From a virus (lineage: Duplodnaviria; Heunggongvirae; Uroviricota; Caudoviricetes): a stretch of 64,000 nucleotides of DNA. The stretch's first letter is position 1. Each line of letters begins with the position of its first letter. The stretch is from IMG/VR virus record IMGVR_UViG_3300008987_000001; one strand, written 5' to 3'. This document shows positions 57,480 to 64,000 of the stretch, one piece after another. The position numbers were made by a program, and so were the translations under genes. Below the pieces are notes generated by a model. That model saw only the letters and a program-made list of their open reading frames with translations, searched no databases and was not told the origin of the DNA.

Positions 57480-59396
57480 ATGGGATTAGACGTAACCATA
57501 ACTGATAAGACAGTTGAATGTGTTTTATCATGGGCAGAATACTATTTAAGTGTACAGTATTGGTTATTTAGTGATGGAACCCGTATAAGTGGTGGAGGAA
57601 CATCTGTATCCCATACCTTCGAATCATATGGGAATCAATCAGTATCTGTTACATTTACTATAGATGCCGGATGGGGAACAAGAACATATACATGGACAAA
57701 TTCTTTCATTCTAAATGATCCGAATGAGGGGTCCGGAGATGGTATAAATTCACTTGATGTTTTTCATGAAAAACCCATTATAATCCCTGCTGAATGCACT
57801 GGTGACATACGACTAACTGCAAATGTCGAGGAATTAGAAGAACCAGAATTATCCACTAAAACGGATTATACCAGTACCATAACATCATTTGTAAACCTCA
57901 TCAATGTCGAAATTGGCGGGGGTTCTTCCATAACATTTGAAATTGATAAAGATACCACATTAGAAACAAGTATAGAATCTGGAGAAGTATCAGATTGTAA
58001 TGTGTTGAATCTGGAATGTATCCCTGCATTTTATACCGGTGGACAAGTATACTGTCAATTTAGTATAGGTGAAACTGATGATGACGATGGTGAATTTGAT
58101 GTAAAATGGGACATGGGTATGATGTTTCCAAGTATGCCCACTTGGTATGAAGGAAACTTATCATATGATTCCCAGATAATCAAGAATATTATAAATTCAG
58201 ATAATAGCGAAATAAATTTCCCAAGCAGCGCAGAATACACTCGATATGATCATACGTTCAATATTGATGGATGGTCTGAAATGCCACCATTTGAACTTAC
58301 ATGGTATAATGATCCAAAGTTGGGTTATGCAATCAAGCGAGCGTGTTTATCACCACCCACATTTAAATTCACCTTAACAAATGAACATACAAGTAGAGTG
58401 TTACTAAATAATGTAACTATTCGCTGGTCATGGAACTTTAATCCATCTGATATTTTTATGAATATGCGAACAGAAGGTGATAAACGCAAAAAACAAAAGC
58501 GAATGTATACATTACCAAAGGGATCAGATGCCACACGTCTCGAAGGGCTTGATTATCCAATATTTGCATTAGTTGATGGATATAAACGCAGCGATCCACC
58601 CGAAGTAATCAAAGTGTACGGACAATGGAATGAATATAATGAGGATGGGGATTATTATTTCCCAACCACTGTATTATTAGACCCAGTTGAAGGAATGAGT
58701 GGTCCTGACTTTGCAACTTGTTTATTCAAATCCACTGATCATAAATTAAAATCTGCTGATTTCATAAGAATCGTAGATAATGGATGGATGAATGGTGATG
58801 GGCCAATAGTCATTACAGCACCTGATGTTGCAGCATCTGAACATTATAGAAATGTTGATGTTACTATAAAAGATGATAAAACATCAGATGATCAGAGTGC
58901 AATATTCATAGTTACTACTACCCCAAATACATCAGTTGATGACAATATCACTACAGATGAACTCAATACATATATGAGTAAAGTGCATTTCTTAAACACA
59001 GAATACGACTATGCTACAAGTGTAGAGATTCCACGAAGTGCTATAAATCCAATATTTTATGAGACATTATGGAAAACTTATGATAAGGCCCCAATACTTG
59101 AATCAATTAGTGAAGAGCCATTATATTACGTGAATTTTAGTATAAATAACTATCCAAAACTTGTCCCAATACGAAATGGACAAACATTAGAATTTAGCGA
59201 TTCATTAACTCATGCAGCAGATGGTATTCGTTCTGGAACTATATTTTATATTGATGGAAAAACTCAAAACATAATTAATATACAGAACCCCACAAAGCAT
59301 AAATATAAGGTAAAGTTTCATTACGAATACGATGTTTATAAGCATGTATATGTCATCACTGCAGACGATATACCCGGATTTACCACGGAGGATTAA
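57480..59396 (+). CDS. Tail protein with an N-terminal PKD/Ig-like domain
   Basis: YWLFSDG......VSHTFESYG...V.VT PKD signature. Confidence 0.6.
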   Translation: MGLDVTITDKTVECVLSWAEYYLSVQYWLFSDGTRISGGGTSVSHTFESYGNQSVSVTFTIDAGWGTRTYTWTNSFILNDPNEGSGDGINSLDVFHEKPIIIPAECTGDIRLTANVEELEEPELSTKTDYTSTITSFVNLINVEIGGGSSITFEIDKDTTLETSIESGEVSDCNVLNLECIPAFYTGGQVYCQFSIGETDDDDGEFDVKWDMGMMFPSMPTWYEGNLSYDSQIIKNIINSDNSEINFPSSAEYTRYDHTFNIDGWSEMPPFELTWYNDPKLGYAIKRACLSPPTFKFTLTNEHTSRVLLNNVTIRWSWNFNPSDIFMNMRTEGDKRKKQKRMYTLPKGSDATRLEGLDYPIFALVDGYKRSDPPEVIKVYGQWNEYNEDGDYYFPTTVLLDPVEGMSGPDFATCLFKSTDHKLKSADFIRIVDNGWMNGDGPIVITAPDVAASEHYRNVDVTIKDDKTSDDQSAIFIVTTTPNTSVDDNITTDELNTYMSKVHFLNTEYDYATSVEIPRSAINPIFYETLWKTYDKAPILESISEEPLYYVNFSINNYPKLVPIRNGQTLEFSDSLTHAADGIRSGTIFYIDGKTQNIINIQNPTKHKYKVKFHYEYDVYKHVYVITADDIPGFTTED

Positions 59397-59401
59397 TCAT
59401 C

Positions 59402-59947
59402 ATGGAAAGTAAAGGTGCATTCACAGATAAACTGGAACTATATAGAATTGATGGGAATTTAGATACATCACGACCAATCACAGCATCAGACCTAACTACA
59501 TTTGGGCATAAAGATATTGAAACAAAAGTATATTTGAATCCGCTTGAAAAAGTGCTAAAAGCATTAGGGCTCTATAGATGTATTGATGATGCATTAACTG
59601 ACTATGCAGTTGCTGATTTTGCTACATACATCTCTACCACCTATGGATATGCCAGTGTTGGAACTGATGGGACTGATGGGACAGTATACAGCTTAACGGA
59701 TCTCAAGAGCCCGGTTATGACCCGTGTATCATGTACCAAGTCATTTGACACCACATATAGCACCAATGATACTGCTGTATTCACTGCAATTACCACAGCA
59801 ACCAGTGATTACACCCTCTGTGAATTTGGACTACATGATGCTGAAACTGCAGGTAATATGGGAGCACGGCAGGTTTCATGTACATGGGATGTTGTAAATG
59901 GTGAGACATTTGGAATGATTTGGCGAGTGGTTGCCTCACGAGGTTGA
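59402..59947 (+). CDS. Tail/baseplate-associated structural protein
   Basis: EFGL.DA..AGNM.AR...GETF...W motif typical of tail-fibre-adjacent genes. Confidence 0.55.
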   Translation: MESKGAFTDKLELYRIDGNLDTSRPITASDLTTFGHKDIETKVYLNPLEKVLKALGLYRCIDDALTDYAVADFATYISTTYGYASVGTDGTDGTVYSLTDLKSPVMTRVSCTKSFDTTYSTNDTAVFTAITTATSDYTLCEFGLHDAETAGNMGARQVSCTWDVVNGETFGMIWRVVASRG

Positions 59948-59951
59948 TACC

Positions 59952-60245
59952 ATGGCAGTCAGTGATATGGTCTATGATCAAGTTACCATTCTTAATGGAC
60001 AATCAATGGACATTGCACCAAGTGTAAGTGGTCATGAATGGGTAGTCCATAATATATCAATCCCCTTTGGAAGTGCCTGTGAATTCTATCATACCGATGG
60101 CACCAATAATATACTAATCATGAATATTGCATCATCATTGTTATCTTATAATTTCCATTGCAATACATCCAGTTACTATACTTTAAAGAACGTAAGTGGT
60201 TCAACTATCTATGCATCATATGATGGGGCTGTAATGAATGAATGA
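59952..60245 (+). CDS. Small beta-rich tail-associated protein (likely start MAVSD)
   Basis: ORF track 59931..60245; GAGG SD upstream of ATG 59952. Confidence 0.55.
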   Translation: MAVSDMVYDQVTILNGQSMDIAPSVSGHEWVVHNISIPFGSACEFYHTDGTNNILIMNIASSLLSYNFHCNTSSYYTLKNVSGSTIYASYDGAVMNE

Positions 60246-60303
60246 GTGGTGATATAGATGAATTCATATATTGAGTTAATACCAATAATAGGAGACATTA
60301 CTC

Positions 60304-62349
60304 ATGTTACGGCCACTTGATAACATACTTATTGATACTATAACCAACTTCACCACTCACGATCCAATCATACCGTATGGTGTATTTGCAGTAAATTCTG
60401 ATGGAAGTGGATTTAAGTTGGGTGATGGTACCAATGTATGGAGTGCTTTATCATATCAAGGATCAAGTGCCATACGCAATAAACAGGTCCAATCAAGTCG
60501 TGAGCCTGCAAACAACGAACTATTACTCTTTTGTGAAGCAACCGATAAATGGATCTATCGACTCCAGCATTGTTTTGACACAGTTACCAACTGGGAATCA
60601 TCAACCAGTGTATTTCCAACAAGCACATTGCTCGTCGAAACTGCAGATTTAACTGGTATACCAACTGGTAGGTTCAAGATAGGCGACGGAGCAACTTCAT
60701 TCCCAACATTGCCATGGTTTGGCGCTGATTTTGCTACAAGTGATTTCAGTGTTGGTGAGTCAATTGAGTTTAACGGTACATACTTTGAGCCTGCTACTTA
60801 CTTGAAACCTACTGAATTGCAAAGTGCTACGACACCCACTGGATTATTCCATCGCGATGATGGGACATGGGCCGAGATGACTGTTATCGAGCACCTTGAC
60901 TCTATCGAATCGGACTACGCATCATTTGGCACAGTTTACGTTGGTGGATTCCCCACAGAAGCAACAACAGTTACACTTACATCAGATGGAACCGACTTAT
61001 TCAGCGATGGCAACAAAGTATGGACCGAGTATAATGATGGAACTGGTAGTGGATTAGATGCAGATACTCTTGATGGTCATCATTCAACTGCCTTTGCGAC
61101 TGGGCCAGTAAGTGCCACAGAAGGTAACCTCGTGGCATTTGGAGCATCGCCTAATATACTGGTGGATAGCACGTATGCTCCATCATCATTCGCAGCATCA
61201 TCACATATCCAATTTGCCACAACAATTGAAGCATTGGAATTGGGCACTACAACCTATGATGATTTACAAGACTGGATAAACACTACACAATCAGCAGGTC
61301 GTATAACTGGGGGAGTGTTATCTGCTCATTCACCAGCAGACGGAACACTTGATATCAGCGCATTAAAGGGTTTTGTCAAAGTTAATGACTCTGATATAGC
61401 AGAAACACGATTCTTTGACTTTGCATCAACTACTATATCACTTACTGATGATCGCACCAATTATATTTATGTAGATTATAATAGTGGGAGTCCAACAGCA
61501 TTCGCAACAACTAATAGATCCAGTATCAATCATACGACCCAATTTACATTAGGTCGTGCATTTAGAGATGGTGATGATGTACAGGTATTGCAATCTGGTA
61601 TCAATTTATATAATAGGACGAGATTGACACATGAAAAGTGGATTGATACATTCGGTGGGGTTAGTTATGCAAATGGACTATTAGTAACATGTACCGGACT
61701 TAAACCAGCAGTTTCAGCAGGGACATTGTATGCAGGAAGCAATAAATTATCATTGGATGCACTTGATTGTAATGTATCTGATACATTTACTGCGTATTAT
61801 ACAACAGATAGTGGATCAACGTGGACTACCCAGACAAGTCAGACATCTCTGAATGCCACCCAGTATAATGATATAACAACAGGGCTTGCAACATTAGATA
61901 ATAATCAGTATGGTGTCCAATGGTTATACATTTGTCCTGATGGGTGTTTAGCAGTGTTATATGGACAGGATTCATATACCCTTTCTGAAGCACAGGCATT
62001 AACTACCCCGCCATCATCCCTTCCAAATTTCCTTAATGAATGGACAAAACTTGCAGCGAAAATCATCATTGCAAAGAGTGCAACATCTGTATACAGCACC
62101 ACTCATGCATGGAGCACCGTATTTCCAGTTCAATCACCTGGTGATCACAATTCACTTGCTGGACTCCAAGGTGGCACATCATCCGAATATTATCATTTGA
62201 CTGCAACCGAGTATAATACTACAGTTCCAAAGTACTATGGAAGTTTAGCAAGTGTGCCTGCTACATATAAGGCAGGGGACGAATATTACAACACTGGTGA
62301 TTCCAAGTTCTACAAGTATAATGGAACTGATTGGATTGCCCTGAATTAA
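60304..62349 (+). CDS. Tail fibre with two N-terminal Mtd_N/hyaluronidase-like repeats
   Basis: GFKLGDG...WSALSY and RFKIGDG...FPTLPW; GSGLDADTLDG motif; C-terminal GDEYYNT....YKYNGTDW. Confidence 0.75.
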   Translation: MLRPLDNILIDTITNFTTHDPIIPYGVFAVNSDGSGFKLGDGTNVWSALSYQGSSAIRNKQVQSSREPANNELLLFCEATDKWIYRLQHCFDTVTNWESSTSVFPTSTLLVETADLTGIPTGRFKIGDGATSFPTLPWFGADFATSDFSVGESIEFNGTYFEPATYLKPTELQSATTPTGLFHRDDGTWAEMTVIEHLDSIESDYASFGTVYVGGFPTEATTVTLTSDGTDLFSDGNKVWTEYNDGTGSGLDADTLDGHHSTAFATGPVSATEGNLVAFGASPNILVDSTYAPSSFAASSHIQFATTIEALELGTTTYDDLQDWINTTQSAGRITGGVLSAHSPADGTLDISALKGFVKVNDSDIAETRFFDFASTTISLTDDRTNYIYVDYNSGSPTAFATTNRSSINHTTQFTLGRAFRDGDDVQVLQSGINLYNRTRLTHEKWIDTFGGVSYANGLLVTCTGLKPAVSAGTLYAGSNKLSLDALDCNVSDTFTAYYTTDSGSTWTTQTSQTSLNATQYNDITTGLATLDNNQYGVQWLYICPDGCLAVLYGQDSYTLSEAQALTTPPSSLPNFLNEWTKLAAKIIIAKSATSVYSTTHAWSTVFPVQSPGDHNSLAGLQGGTSSEYYHLTATEYNTTVPKYYGSLASVPATYKAGDEYYNTGDSKFYKYNGTDWIALN

Positions 62350-62394
62350 TAACCTTTTTATACTACAACATCTCATTCTATATAAAGGATTGTT

Positions 62395-63123
62395 ATGCCA
62401 ACACATGTAAGTGGAACGTTCACTATACCAGAAGATGCACTTGTGGGAATGTATAACTTTACTGCAAGTGGTGGAGGAATATCATGTATTCATGACCTTG
62501 CATTTGCTATTTCAAATTTAAATATATTATCGATTTTTCCAAATTTTTTAAGTTTCCAGAATCAAGGAGATAATTATCATGAAATATCATTAACTGGTGA
62601 CAACGCTTTTGTAATGGGAGAACCGGTTTATATAGAAATATTTAGAGATGGTTATCCTACTATTAAAAACAGTACCGAATACTACGTTTCTTGTTGGGTT
62701 CAAAATGAAAATTTAGTTACTGATATAGGATTTACTGTTTTAGAGTTTTCTCCTGGTGGATATTGGAATTTACGAGTAACTCATATGGGTGCTACCATTA
62801 CCATAGAAAATGCAATAGAGTTTGTTGTTGATCTTAAACCACAAATATCAATATTTTATCATGATCCAGAATTTAATGAAGGTGTTACTGTTTCAGGAGA
62901 AATTCATGGACTTGGATTTACACCTGATATGACTGGATATATGACAGATTGGAGTGAAACTGAATATGTACCATGCAATGTAAATGCTATTGATACGCAA
63001 CACGCAATTATGTCTGTAACAATTCCAGATGGAACATATGGGCAATATTGGAAATTATATCTAAACAATGGAAATTTAATGTATCCCCCAAAAACGTATA
63101 GAATAGGTGGCCCATTGGAATGA
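62395..63123 (+). CDS. Ig-like (IPT/TIG-type) adhesin candidate
   Basis: Tandem beta-sandwich patterns (I.G.GF, TIP.G..G.YW.L.L.N). Confidence 0.5.
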   Translation: MPTHVSGTFTIPEDALVGMYNFTASGGGISCIHDLAFAISNLNILSIFPNFLSFQNQGDNYHEISLTGDNAFVMGEPVYIEIFRDGYPTIKNSTEYYVSCWVQNENLVTDIGFTVLEFSPGGYWNLRVTHMGATITIENAIEFVVDLKPQISIFYHDPEFNEGVTVSGEIHGLGFTPDMTGYMTDWSETEYVPCNVNAIDTQHAIMSVTIPDGTYGQYWKLYLNNGNLMYPPKTYRIGGPLE

Positions 63124-64000
63124 CAGTCACTGGTACTGAACAACGAGTATATGGAACATTAGTTGGTGGATGTATCATTGACTTGCATCGCTTTGCATTA
63201 GTTTTGGGTAGTCAAACTGCTGCTCCAATATCAAGTGGCCTTACATTTAGTCAGGAATTTGCAGCACCCGGAGACGAACTTACATTTGATTTATATACTG
63301 ACGATACTGCAATTAGCACTCCAACCGTATCATTGACTGGGCCAAGCACAATATATGCTACCGATGTTACATACGAATCATTTACAGTAATCTATGCTGA
63401 TGAAACCCCATACAAACAATGTGGTTACAAATATGATGGGTACTTAACATTGTTTTTATCAATTTCGGGTGCTTCTGTGTATGCTGCTGTTGAGGTGTAC
63501 ATCTGTAAGAATGATAATAAGCGAATTGTGCTGGAAACCTATGGCGAAGTGGCTAAAACTGTCACTGGTGGAATGGCATTATGGTTCAATAAAGGGGTTG
63601 ACAAACATTATGCAACTCGTGGTGACTTTCCTGAAACTGGATCCGAGAATGTGAATTATATTAACGATCAATACGATGATTGGTATATCTGGAACGGATC
63701 AGCCTATTATATAGGATCGTGTTGGGTAAAACTTAACTCCACCACCAGCGATGTTAAAATGCCCTATGCAAAGACATCATATACTTTTAAGGAAACCAAA
63801 CGTAATGGATCCATCACTATTGATTGTTGTAAAAAGTGTCCAAGTTGTGGATGTAAAGCGTGTTCAGTGCAGTTTTATGTAATGCTTCGAGGAACATCTA
63901 CAAAGATATATCCAACCTCTACGTTGATGTATGGATATCACGACCCACCATATGGGAATCAATCATGTTTATGGAAAATTTCTACAGTTCCTGTAATGAC
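63120..64000 (+). CDS. Putative tail/adhesin protein, truncated by the window end
   Basis: Manual translation from ATG 63120 (ATGA overlap) is open to 64000: MTVTGTEQRVYG...CCKKCPSCGCKAC... Confidence 0.7.
   Translation, partial: MTVTGTEQRVYGTLVGGCIIDLHRFALVLGSQTAAPISSGLTFSQEFAAPGDELTFDLYTDDTAISTPTVSLTGPSTIYATDVTYESFTVIYADETPYKQCGYKYDGYLTLFLSISGASVYAAVEVYICKNDNKRIVLETYGEVAKTVTGGMALWFNKGVDKHYATRGDFPETGSENVNYINDQYDDWYIWNGSAYYIGSCWVKLNSTTSDVKMPYAKTSYTFKETKRNGSITIDCCKKCPSCGCKACSVQFYVMLRGTSTKIYPTSTLMYGYHDPPYGNQSCLWKISTVPVM

Noticed and set aside
1860-63654. Numerous antisense or nested ORFs in the track (e.g. 2554..2922+, 3511..4008+, 42500..43141-, 51277..51909-)
   Set aside because: They are shadows of well-supported genes on the opposite strand or frame, with no motifs or initiation signals.
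1-64000. Genome-wide TAG reassignment
   Set aside because: TAG ends several genes at plausible C-termini (e.g. 6412, 7428, 24997, 26778, 29790, 40232, 42836), and the long structural genes contain no internal TAG. Only one convincing in-frame case was found.
60304-64000. Diversity-generating retroelement targeting the tail fibre
   Set aside because: No reverse transcriptase, no TR/VR repeat pair and no C-type-lectin-like C-terminus within the window.
1-64000. Prophage boundaries, integrase or host genes
   Set aside because: No recombinase, att duplication or housekeeping operon was seen. The lifestyle cannot be determined from this window.

Overview
The window is a 64-kb piece of a large head-tailed (Caudoviricetes, siphovirus-like) archaeal virus genome. 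The host is most likely a methanogen, inferred from TATA promoters, GGAG/GAGG/GGTGA Shine-Dalgarno sites and an HMf-type histone. Layout: (1) 1-18.9 kb, a minus-strand arm of tightly coupled small, often Cys-rich ORFs plus a Lar-like protein, an SMC/Rad50-like ATPase, a stand-alone RuvB, a RadC/JAB protein and a C5-methylase-like protein. (2) About 19.25-22.0 kb, a non-coding divergence point with iteron-like repeats, probably an origin or terminus/control region. (3) 22-29.8 kb, acidic Ocr-like early genes, a holin-like gene, a histone and a wHTH regulator. (4) 29.8-64 kb, a morphogenesis module: terminase with an intein, portal, protease/scaffold, capsid, an inverted RNA ligase gene, connectors, four tail-tube paralogues, a +1-frameshift chaperone pair, a 3215-aa tape measure protein and baseplate/fibre genes. 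Strongest novelty candidates: enzyme cassettes (GNAT, HD, zincin) slotted between FAxGG motifs in the tape measure protein; a dispersed family of TATA-driven ~55-75-nt small-RNA-like units; the four tail-tube paralogues; the viral histone; and an ORF with an in-frame amber codon. All functional calls come from motif recognition by eye, with no database searches. No CRISPR array, complete tRNA, integrase or reverse transcriptase was seen.
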